Shown here in pieces: positions 35,397 to 43,380 of a stretch of DNA of 64,000 nucleotides. Source of the DNA: a virus; IMG/VR virus record IMGVR_UViG_3300015371_000021, positions 1 to 64,000 of that record, one strand, 5' to 3'. The position numbers and the translations under genes were made by a program. The notes below the pieces were generated by a model. That model saw only the letters and a program-made list of their open reading frames with translations, was not told the DNA's origin and ran no database searches. Positions within the stretch are counted from its first letter, which is position 1, and the number at the start of each line of letters is the position of its first letter.

Positions 35397-35884
35397 GCTG
35401 CCTCATCCTCCATCGGCACTTTGCCGAACAGGTATGAGGCGCCAACACGACGGGCGTAGCGCCCAAACAACGCTTCCTTCGCACCGAGGCGGTCGAACGT
35501 TTCGATCGACATCACCACCGGCGCGCCACAGGGAGCGCCGACGACGTTAGCCCACCACTCAACGAAACGGAATAGTCGGAACGCATGGCGCGACCGCCGG
35601 TGCGCGGGGTGCACGTAGAGAAACCGGTCCGACCAGTAGAGGTCCTCGGAGTACCAGTGCGACCCGAGCATCAGGCAGACCGCGGCCTCGATCCGCTCCG
35701 GCCCGTCGATCAGCCCGATGACCGCGTCAGGATTGCGCCAGCAGGCGCGCTTGAGCACGGCGATAATTTTGTGCGGTGCAATACGAAACGCACCATTGGT
35801 CGCATGGCCGACGAGGCACAGGTCCCAAAGGCGGTCTAGGTCGGCGGGCTCGGCGATGCGGACGCCGCGAGGCGGTTCAGTCAC
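35363..35884 (-). CDS. GNAT-like acetyltransferase (virion module)
   Basis: VRIAEPAD...FLYVHPAHRRS motif A. Confidence 0.7.
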   Translation of the reverse strand: MTEPPRGVRIAEPADLDRLWDLCLVGHATNGAFRIAPHKIIAVLKRACWRNPDAVIGLIDGPERIEAAVCLMLGSHWYSEDLYWSDRFLYVHPAHRRSRHAFRLFRFVEWWANVVGAPCGAPVVMSIETFDRLGAKEALFGRYARRVGASYLFGKVPMEDEAACARVAAALIQ

Positions 35885-35970
35885 CGCACCGGGCGACGAC
35901 AGGTGTCGGCGATCATCCACAGCGTGGCGAAGAAGAAGACGAGCACTAGCCCGAGGATTAGTTCCATCAT
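35881..35970 (-). CDS. 29-aa membrane peptide
   Basis: MMELILGLVLVFFFATLWMIADTCRRPVR*, GTGA overlap with the GNAT gene. Confidence 0.45.
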   Translation of the reverse strand: MMELILGLVLVFFFATLWMIADTCRRPVR

Positions 35971-35983
35971 GCCAGTGGGATAG

Positions 35984-36163
35984 TCACATCCATACCCTCG
36001 CGCCAGGCACGAGATAGGCCAGAATGGTGAGCAGCGCGATCAGCAGGAGTACCAGTCGCGCGACCAATCCGAACGGATCGGGCAACGGCAGATGCTCGAT
36101 GATCACCCACACCACCGCAAAGACGATAATCAGAACGAGCAGCTGGACCAGGACCATAATCAT
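35984..36163 (-). CDS. two-TM small membrane protein
   Basis: MIMVLVQLLVLIIVFAVVWVIIEHLPLPDPFGLVARLVLLLIALLTILAYLVPG; GGAG RBS. Confidence 0.65.
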   Translation of the reverse strand: MIMVLVQLLVLIIVFAVVWVIIEHLPLPDPFGLVARLVLLLIALLTILAYLVPGARVWM

Positions 36164-36726
36164 GCCGCTTCTCCCTCCAGTGCCGCGGCCACCATTTGAC
36201 CCTGGAAATTGCCCTCCGCGCCAAACGCGTAATACGCGCCGATCTGCGGCACATGCCGCGCGTGTAACGCCATTTTGTTGGTCAGACCGTCGAGCGTGAG
36301 CACATCCCAGCGCATGATGATGCGGTGACCGGCTGCCTGCTGCATGCCGTTATGTGCCCAGCGGGCAAAGCCGAACAGCCGTCGGCCGTAGTGGCGACGC
36401 GGGTGATGCAGGTCGTGTTTGATTTCCTCCGGCAGCTTACGCGCTGCTGGCGACATGCCGCACCAGACGACCGAGATGAATGGTTCGTCGCTCACTTCCG
36501 AGGTCGCGAAGGTCATGCCGATCGAGGCGTCGATCGCGCCATGCTCGCCATCGATGACCCCAGCGATGGCGCCGCTCCTCTGCAGGCAGCAGCGCTCCAC
36601 CAGGTCCTGGATTTTCGGCGCGGACAGCGTCAGCACTTCGCTCTCGACCAGAATTTGCGGCACCAGCTCGAATAGCGGTTCGATGTCGCTTTCCGTCGCG
36701 CGACGGACCCCGTGTGGATTGTTCAT
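36160..36726 (-). CDS. second GNAT-like protein
   Basis: VRRATESDI...AGVIDG...SPAARK; similar layout to 35363..35884. Confidence 0.6.
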   Translation of the reverse strand: MNNPHGVRRATESDIEPLFELVPQILVESEVLTLSAPKIQDLVERCCLQRSGAIAGVIDGEHGAIDASIGMTFATSEVSDEPFISVVWCGMSPAARKLPEEIKHDLHHPRRHYGRRLFGFARWAHNGMQQAAGHRIIMRWDVLTLDGLTNKMALHARHVPQIGAYYAFGAEGNFQGQMVAAALEGEAA

Positions 36727-37679
36727 GCTGCTTTGGCCCCGACCGGTCCCTTCAGTTCCTTGAGTTTCTTGATGTGCCGTTTGCGCAGGATCATGGTGAA
36801 CAGGTCGAGCACCCGTTTGCCGCGCGCCATATCGCCGTCGCCGAATACCCATTGTACCTGCTCGGGCGTGAACGAAAATTCCCCGTGGCTGAGCGCCACT
36901 GGCTGATGTTCGGCGGCCGCGTTGTCGTTGGCGACGCCACCTTCCGCTAGAGCTTCGGGGGCCTGCGGTGCTTCCTGTCCGGTGGGCGGACGCGGGAGAC
37001 CGCGCCCACTCCCGTGCATCGCGGGCAGCGCGATGCCACGCGGGCCAGTTGACAGCATGCGCTGGATGGCGCGCGCGCCATTCAGGCCGTTGCCCTCGCC
37101 AATGTAGGCCACTTCCTCGGACGGCAGGATGTAGCTGTCGGGCATCGCGGTGCCCTTGATCGCGTCGGCCCGTCCGGATGTGTGGCCCTCCAGGTATCCG
37201 GTCATCGGCTTCTCGGGCCCCATCAGGGGCGCGGTCGATGGCATAGCCCCGCCGGCGTCATAGCCCTGGATCGCCCCAGACGGTGGCGCCATGCCGAGCA
37301 TGCCCGGCATCGCTGGGTTGGTCTCGGCCATGCCCATGTTCCGCTGGCGCAGTAGCTGGCGGATGATCCCGCCCTGCGGCGAGGTGCCCGTCCTGACCGC
37401 CAGCTCGCGCAGCTTCTCGGTCGGCAGCTGGGAAAACTTTTGCAGGTTCGCCTGGTAGTTCGGCGACGTGGTCTGTGCCGTCGGCTCGATCGGGCCGTTG
37501 TCGTTCATCATCCCGCCGTCGGCGCGATGCTTCCCGGCCCATTTGTTGGCGACTGCCAGCGCCATCCCTTCATCGCCCGAACTTTTCAGCACGGCGTTGG
37601 CGATGCGCGCGGCGTGCCCCGCTTTCTCACCGTGCAAGGCATGATTATGCGATGCCATGCCCCTTGCGTCCCAAGGCAT
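36723..37679 (-). CDS. internal virion protein with duplicated 'GG...D...(S/G)(Y/E)F/I' module
   Basis: GHTSGRADAI...PDSYILPSEEV..IGEGN and PVALSHGEFSFTPEQV..FGDGD. Confidence 0.7.
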   Translation of the reverse strand: MPWDARGMASHNHALHGEKAGHAARIANAVLKSSGDEGMALAVANKWAGKHRADGGMMNDNGPIEPTAQTTSPNYQANLQKFSQLPTEKLRELAVRTGTSPQGGIIRQLLRQRNMGMAETNPAMPGMLGMAPPSGAIQGYDAGGAMPSTAPLMGPEKPMTGYLEGHTSGRADAIKGTAMPDSYILPSEEVAYIGEGNGLNGARAIQRMLSTGPRGIALPAMHGSGRGLPRPPTGQEAPQAPEALAEGGVANDNAAAEHQPVALSHGEFSFTPEQVQWVFGDGDMARGKRVLDLFTMILRKRHIKKLKELKGPVGAKAA

Positions 37680-37981
37680 CAGCGTTTTCCCTTTTTCTGC
37701 GGTGGCTGCAGAAACCAGCGGTCTTCCAGCGCTTCCCACACGTCGATGCCGTCCGCCCGTCGCCGCCTAGCCCCGGTTTTATCGCCTTTGCGGAAATTGT
37801 GGCTCTTCGCCATCGGCGTGCCGTCGATCTCGATGATGACGCTGTTCGCGTCGATCACGCGATCGACCCGGCAGCGCATGATCTCGCCCGGCAGATGCAC
37901 AACGAGGAGCCCACCCACTTTGGGGCGGATCAGCGGATAACCCGACGTAAAACGTTGCAGCACAGGCACGATGATCACCAT
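37679..37981 (-). CDS. hypothetical protein
   Basis: Coupled ORF. Confidence 0.6.
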   Translation of the reverse strand: MVIIVPVLQRFTSGYPLIRPKVGGLLVVHLPGEIMRCRVDRVIDANSVIIEIDGTPMAKSHNFRKGDKTGARRRRADGIDVWEALEDRWFLQPPQKKGKR

Positions 37982-38949
37982 AACACTTGCGGTCGTAGCG
38001 GCGCTACACGCGGACGCCGCACCGTGCCGCGCATGGTAATCGTCTGGTCAGCTTGGGTTTGGATAATCGCGCCATGGTTCGCCACCTGCCCCTGCATGCT
38101 TATTGTTTGGTCGGCTTGCGTTGCGACAATCTGCAGTACTGGCGTGAGCACGCCGCGCATGTCGATCGCCTGGTCGTCCTGCGTTTGAACGATGGCGCCG
38201 GTGGCGGGGCCGATGACTATTACTGGCGTGGGCCAGAAGACCGCCTGCTGTTGGGCGGCACGAAGACCTGCTCGGGCCGGCGGCTGAATCGAAAGCGGTT
38301 GCCACCAGCGGTCTACAGTGGTCGCCTCTGGCCGCGTGGAGACGTGCCAGAAGAAGGTTTGTTGGCTGGCGACTCGCAGACCAGGCTTTGGCGCCGGTGG
38401 CAGTGAGAGTGGCGGCAACCATCGATCGACGGTTGTCCTCTCCGGTACAGATGGCAGGCTCCAGGAGAACGCTAGCTGGTTTGCAGCAGAGAGACCGCGC
38501 TTTGGGGGTGGTGGTGTTGCAAATGGCGCGAACCAGCGGTCGAGGGTTGTGGCCTCGGGCGCTGTGGAAACGTGCCAGGAGAACGCCAGTTGTTCGGCCG
38601 TCGGCAGACCGCGTTTTGGCGCAGGCGGTGTTTGTAGCGGAGCGAACCACCGATCGAGGGTGGTGGTCTCTGGCGCCGTGGAGACGTGCCAGAAGAATGC
38701 TTGCTGCTCTGCCGCGGGAAGGGCGCGCTTGGGAGCCGGTGGTGTAGCGAGTGGGGCGTGCCAGCGATCGAGGGTCGTTGCCTCTGGCGCTGTAGACGGT
38801 GGCGCGGTGAGACCGGAGGCGAGCGCTGCGGCGAGCGCAGAACGACGGACGACGGGAGTGGCAAGCGGCTGGAGCCAGCCAATAGACGTCGTGGTCGTCG
38901 GCGGTGTGAAGACCGGTTCAAAATGCGTGGGGTAAAGAAGTCTAGGCAT
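37975..38949 (-). CDS. Pro/Trp-rich protein with about five 38-aa repeats
   Basis: PE.TT.DRW..PL..PP.PK.GL..A.Q.AF.W repeats. Confidence 0.75.
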   Translation of the reverse strand: MPRLLYPTHFEPVFTPPTTTTSIGWLQPLATPVVRRSALAAALASGLTAPPSTAPEATTLDRWHAPLATPPAPKRALPAAEQQAFFWHVSTAPETTTLDRWFAPLQTPPAPKRGLPTAEQLAFSWHVSTAPEATTLDRWFAPFATPPPPKRGLSAANQLAFSWSLPSVPERTTVDRWLPPLSLPPAPKPGLRVASQQTFFWHVSTRPEATTVDRWWQPLSIQPPARAGLRAAQQQAVFWPTPVIVIGPATGAIVQTQDDQAIDMRGVLTPVLQIVATQADQTISMQGQVANHGAIIQTQADQTITMRGTVRRPRVAPLRPQVLW

Positions 38950-38952
38950 TCA

Positions 38953-39249
38953 TTACCCCTCGTAGGATTTGCGCGTCCGCTCCCTCTCCAGGCCGCGCTC
39001 GATCATCTCAAGCAGCTTTTCTACCGGACGGCAGATATCCTTATCGACGCACGGGCCGCAGATATTTTTGCCGCATGCGCGACAGAACCCACCGATATCG
39101 GCGGCACGCTCACGGGCGTTGACGAAAACCACACCGCTGCAATGCGCGCAGGTAAAGGTGTCGTGCTCGACATCAATCAGACGCCCATGGCGATCACGTG
39201 CGACAATCGGATCATCGCAAATGATCTGCCCATAGCCAGCGCCTCTCAC
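38953..39249 (-). CDS. Cys-rich zinc-finger-like protein
   Basis: CAHC, CRAC, CGPC. Confidence 0.65.
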   Translation of the reverse strand: MRGAGYGQIICDDPIVARDRHGRLIDVEHDTFTCAHCSGVVFVNARERAADIGGFCRACGKNICGPCVDKDICRPVEKLLEMIERGLERERTRKSYEG

Positions 39250-39719
39250 TGCTCTTCAAACCAGAACGCAGCAGTCGAGGTCGCCGTGCCGCCAGACACC
39301 GAGCGGGTGCGGAGGCCAAGCCCGTTGAGGTTTGTTGCTGGCCAGACCATCTCGCCACCCGGCGGGCAAACCCAGCGGTAACTCGCGCGCTGGTTCGTGC
39401 CGAGATAGAACAGCGAGCTGGTCGCGGTGACAGTCGGCTCGACCGTGTGATTTGCCGTTCCGACAGTAAATGCCGCGGCATCCGCCGGATCGAGCGCGAG
39501 CGGCGTCACCGCCGTTCCGGTGCCGATCGTGGTGTAGCGAGAGATGTCCCATTCATAGGTCTGATCAGCCGCTGTGCCGATCGTGCCGAAGGTGAAGTCG
39601 TACAGCTTCCCGCGCTTGAGGGAAGTCGTCTGCGCGGTCACTTCCAGCAGCGACTTGTAAGTCGAAGTGATCGCCTGGAGCGTACCGGCGAGACCGTTGT
39701 TGACTGCGAACTTGGCCAT
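39246..39719 (-). CDS. minor structural protein
   Basis: AAGGA RBS, T/A-rich beta protein. Confidence 0.7.
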   Translation of the reverse strand: MAKFAVNNGLAGTLQAITSTYKSLLEVTAQTTSLKRGKLYDFTFGTIGTAADQTYEWDISRYTTIGTGTAVTPLALDPADAAAFTVGTANHTVEPTVTATSSLFYLGTNQRASYRWVCPPGGEMVWPATNLNGLGLRTRSVSGGTATSTAAFWFEEQ

Positions 39720-39732
39720 GTATCGTCCTTTC

Positions 39733-40569
39733 CTAGTAAGGGATTATTTCCAGGCGACGTGCCGGCGGCGTTTCCAGGAAGGCCGGTGGAGAGTTTATCA
39801 CCATAGCCGCTATATCGATACGTCCAGGGTTATAAAGCGGCGCCAACGGGTCTCCATAAAGCCGCCGGATTTCGGTGAGTTTTAGCGCACGGTTCCAAAT
39901 TGCGACGTTCGCTATGCCGCCCGCGTGCCAGGCATTCGCCAGGCCGTTGTCTCCGAACCTCAGTGATTGCGTTGGCTGCGTGTTGTTGACCGTAGTGACG
40001 GCGGCGGCGGTGGCCCCTTGCTGGCCATTGACGTAAACCGTGACGTTAGCGCCGTCGAACAAGCCGACCACGTGGTTCCACGCATTCTCGATCATTAAGA
40101 CCGAGCTGTCGCTGGTGCTGAAATGTGCGCCGCCGCTGGCGGAGACCCCGAATTTCGGGGCGCCTGTGACATTGTCGCTGTAGGACAGCGCGAACTGATC
40201 AGACGTCGTGGCGGCGTCGTTTAGAGCGGTGACCGGGAAGCTCCAATGTGCTGGCGCGAAATTCGGCCGCAGCCACACCGATACCGTTATTGCGTTGAGC
40301 GGCAGTTTGACTGAGTAATTTGTGTTTATAGAATTGGTCGAACCATTAGACGGGAAGTTGAGAGTGCGGCCCCACTTGCTGCCACCGCGATTGACGGTGC
40401 CGGTCCAGGTTGCCGATGTCTTGCAGCGGCCACAGGTGTCAACAACTTTGGTGCCAACGTTCTCGTTCAAAGGAAAGAAGTGCAGCAGTCCTTTGGCTAG
40501 ACTGTCATTCCAGTCGATCGTGGCGGCGCCACTATCCTGATGGACTGCAAGTCGGTTTATGTGGTCCAT
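39733..40569 (-). CDS. LamG/concanavalin A-like lectin domain protein
   Basis: ITVSVWLRP...WNHVVGLFDG..VTVYVNG...GGIANVAIWNRAL..EIRRLY. Confidence 0.85.
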   Translation of the reverse strand: MDHINRLAVHQDSGAATIDWNDSLAKGLLHFFPLNENVGTKVVDTCGRCKTSATWTGTVNRGGSKWGRTLNFPSNGSTNSINTNYSVKLPLNAITVSVWLRPNFAPAHWSFPVTALNDAATTSDQFALSYSDNVTGAPKFGVSASGGAHFSTSDSSVLMIENAWNHVVGLFDGANVTVYVNGQQGATAAAVTTVNNTQPTQSLRFGDNGLANAWHAGGIANVAIWNRALKLTEIRRLYGDPLAPLYNPGRIDIAAMVINSPPAFLETPPARRLEIIPY

Positions 40570-41058
40570 CTAGATCACCGTGTACGTGACGCCGGTGTAC
40601 GTCTTCTGATGATTGCCCTCCGTGGCGTCGAGCGCCTGCCCTGTAAAGTTCTGTAACACGAAGCCCCACTTTAACGGCAGCACTCCACCAAAGAAACTTG
40701 CGACAGAGATCACCGTTCGGTATGTGACGCTCACAGCTGGACAGCTCAGTACTACCGGCCCCTTCATATTGGACGGGCTGTCTATCGTCACCGAGGCATT
40801 TGTCCCAACCGCTTCCGCCGACGATGCGCTGTAGTTGGTGCCGTCTTCAGACCCGTATATATAAATGTAACATGCCTTATCATTTGCGAGCGCGGATGAG
40901 CTAGTCTTGACCGCTATCGTCAATAAAGCGTCGTCGAATAGATTGCTCGTGTTGTCAACTACGGCGCTACCTTGTCCCACAGTAGACGACGAAGCCTTAG
41001 AGGCCAAAGTACACGAAATGGCCGTGGAAGTTCCAAAAGCAATCTTGACTACTGCCAT
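40570..41058 (-). CDS. minor structural protein
   Basis: S/T-rich beta protein. Confidence 0.7.
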   Translation of the reverse strand: MAVVKIAFGTSTAISCTLASKASSSTVGQGSAVVDNTSNLFDDALLTIAVKTSSSALANDKACYIYIYGSEDGTNYSASSAEAVGTNASVTIDSPSNMKGPVVLSCPAVSVTYRTVISVASFFGGVLPLKWGFVLQNFTGQALDATEGNHQKTYTGVTYTVI

Positions 41059-41412
41059 CTACGCCACCGTCACCTGGGTCCACGATGTACCGTCATAGAA
41101 CGAGCCATAACGATTCCACGGGTTTTGGTTGTTAACCGCCTGCTGCAACGTGGTGAATCGCGTCACCAAAGCATTGCTGATCGCAGGAAACCCTGTCCCC
41201 ACCGCGAAAGAAAATTCCTCCACCCTCTCCAGCACCTGCCCGGCCTGCAATGCGGTTAGTTCTCCAGCAGACAGACCGATGACGCGGCTCTTGAATGTCG
41301 CGTCGGCGTTGAACTGTTGACGGGCCGCAGGCACGGTCAGCCAGAAACATACGTTGTACCGCAAATCGCTGGGCAAACCAGGCTGATCAAGAATGATGAT
41401 CTGTCGCGCCAA
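41059..41412 (-). CDS. hypothetical protein
   Basis: GGAG RBS, TTG start. Confidence 0.65.
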   Translation of the reverse strand: MARQIIILDQPGLPSDLRYNVCFWLTVPAARQQFNADATFKSRVIGLSAGELTALQAGQVLERVEEFSFAVGTGFPAISNALVTRFTTLQQAVNNQNPWNRYGSFYDGTSWTQVTVA

Positions 41413-41424
41413 GGTGCATCTCCA

Positions 41425-41823
41425 TCAGGCGTTGCCGGCGGTGATCGTGTAGGTGGTGACAGTGACCGCCTGACCCGCGGTGATGGACAGGTTGTCGAGC
41501 GTCAGGTTGCCGCCGCCACCAGTTATCGTGACGTTGCCCTGCTGGTGACAGGTACCGCCGCCGGAATACATGCGCCACGATGCTGCGCTTCCACTTCCTG
41601 ACGCCGCCACAGTCCATGAACCAGCGATCGTGGTGACGCCGCTGGCGCTGGTCATAAACGTCGCGGGCAGTGTGATCGTTGCCAACAGGCCGGACGGATC
41701 GGCCGCCGCGCAATTCACCGGCTCTGTGCCAGAGAATATTTTGACCGTGCCGGAACTACCCACCACAGTCTGGATGGCTGAGGTCTGCGCGTCCCGCAGG
41801 GCAGTCGAATACTGGAGCGCCAC
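41425..41823 (-). CDS. minor tail protein
   Basis: IFSGTEP...GLLATITLP..SGSAASWRM..QGNV..LTLDN.SITAGQ family pattern. Confidence 0.7.
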   Translation of the reverse strand: MALQYSTALRDAQTSAIQTVVGSSGTVKIFSGTEPVNCAAADPSGLLATITLPATFMTSASGVTTIAGSWTVAASGSGSAASWRMYSGGGTCHQQGNVTITGGGGNLTLDNLSITAGQAVTVTTYTITAGNA

Positions 41824-41834
41824 AGGTCAGGTCC

Positions 41835-42443
41835 TCACGGTGTGCGATTAAAGGCGGTTACGCTCGCGCCGGTCTCGTACTGCGCTGCGCCGAGCCGGAG
41901 GGTGCAGTCCACTGCCGTTCCGTTATCAATGAAGGCGACGCACTGCATATCGACAAAAACGCCACCCACCGGCGTGAGCACGTTGGTGTACGATGTCCGC
42001 ACGAGCGGCCCACTAGCAGGCGTGATGCCAAAGCCCGGGGTAGATGAAGCAAGGTAGGCATTGCCGCTATCCTGCCAGTCGATCTGCATGCCCCATTCAA
42101 GACTGCCGATCGAGCCACTTACCAACGCATAATAAAATGAGTAGGAATACTGAGCGCCCGCGGTGGACGGGGTATCCGAGTCATCCGATATCATGAATAC
42201 CTGGAGATAGCCGTCGGCGTCGGCTGTGCCGTTGAACCGTATGTCACAGGTGGGGAGGCCGTCACGGTCGGTACGGCGGTCAACCAGCGTGACGGTGATG
42301 CCGCCAGGGGTGGCTTGGACAAGCCAAGGAAGCACACTTGGTGCCGACCCGCCTGAGCCAATGACACCGACCACTGCGCTGGCAACCTCAGTTGTCGCAA
42401 TCAGATTGGTGCGCAGCTGATAGCGTCCAGCGCGAGCGAGCAT
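41835..42443 (-). CDS. carbohydrate-binding-like structural protein
   Basis: RTNLI N-terminus, LGAAQYETGASVT C-terminus; TGATG overlap. Confidence 0.6.
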   Translation of the reverse strand: MLARAGRYQLRTNLIATTEVASAVVGVIGSGGSAPSVLPWLVQATPGGITVTLVDRRTDRDGLPTCDIRFNGTADADGYLQVFMISDDSDTPSTAGAQYSYSFYYALVSGSIGSLEWGMQIDWQDSGNAYLASSTPGFGITPASGPLVRTSYTNVLTPVGGVFVDMQCVAFIDNGTAVDCTLRLGAAQYETGASVTAFNRTP

Positions 42444-42883
42444 CAGGCAAGGTCCCCGAACACGTACCAGGTGTTCGTCGAATACTGCCAAGCCCAAATG
42501 ATCGAACCAGCGGCGCGCGCGGTGGTCGTCCCTGTGCCCGACACGAGCGTCACACCGCTACCCGCCACGAAGCCTGGACGCCCAGCCGCACCCGAGAGCC
42601 AGACCAGCCCTAGCACGTTGCCGACGGCATAGGCGTTCGAGCTGTTGGGCGGGATGGTGAAGTTGGCGGCCGATGCCGCGTTGAACGGCACGATACAGCC
42701 GCGATCATCGAGGTTCGCGGCGGCCGGTGTGTAGTTGCCCGTCTTCACACCGTTCGGCGAGACACTGATGGAGAACGCGCTTTCCGAAGCGTTGCGGATT
42801 GCTCCCTCATTGATCGCGTTGGTGTTGTTGTCCTGCTGCTCCGTGGAGAGCGCCGAGGGCGCTTTGACGGTTCCGATCGCCAT
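42443..42883 (-). CDS. minor tail/fibre protein
   Basis: FTIPPNSS.AY.VG...FVAGSGVTL...NTWYVFGDLA pattern. Confidence 0.7.
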   Translation of the reverse strand: MAIGTVKAPSALSTEQQDNNTNAINEGAIRNASESAFSISVSPNGVKTGNYTPAAANLDDRGCIVPFNAASAANFTIPPNSSNAYAVGNVLGLVWLSGAAGRPGFVAGSGVTLVSGTGTTTARAAGSIIWAWQYSTNTWYVFGDLA

Positions 42884-42885
42884 AC

Positions 42886-43380
42886 CTATGCCCTCAGTGC
42901 CATCAGGGTGATGCAGCCGTCCGCCAACGTGGGGTCCTCCACGGCGGGGGCGACGCGCTGCAGCACGTCACCTACAATCAGCGACGCGCCAGGACCAGCC
43001 AGGACAGCGGACGTGTTGGTTGCCGGCGTGATAGTCACCGTGCCGATCAGCGTGGTCACCCCGCCGCGGATGCGGTTAAAGGTGAACACCGCGTTCGCTG
43101 TCGGCGGGGTCACGTCATACACCTGAGACCCGGCCAGCACAGCAGGGATCGAGATGCTGGACGCCATTACGATGTGCTGCATCTCGCCGGCTGCCGGCAC
43201 GCCGGTAAATGGAAACGCGATGGGCACCTGCTGCAGCGAGGCCGGCAGCTGTGCATAGCCGATGCTGCCGGTCGCGACGCTGACTCCGCGCAGCACCAAC
43301 GCCAATTCGGCCAGCAGCTGGTTGCCGTTGATCTGCTGAGCAACGATGCTGGACACGTCGGGTGGAAGAAACCCGGACAC
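42886..43380 (-). CDS. tail protein
   Basis: Follows the tail nozzle gene; beta-sandwich C-terminus (DPTLAD). Confidence 0.65.
   Translation of the reverse strand: MSGFLPPDVSSIVAQQINGNQLLAELALVLRGVSVATGSIGYAQLPASLQQVPIAFPFTGVPAAGEMQHIVMASSISIPAVLAGSQVYDVTPPTANAVFTFNRIRGGVTTLIGTVTITPATNTSAVLAGPGASLIVGDVLQRVAPAVEDPTLADGCITLMALRA

Noticed and set aside
39733-41412. Genome-wide TAG recoding
   Set aside because: Long conserved genes are intact under code 11 and several, including the MCP, end normally at TAG.
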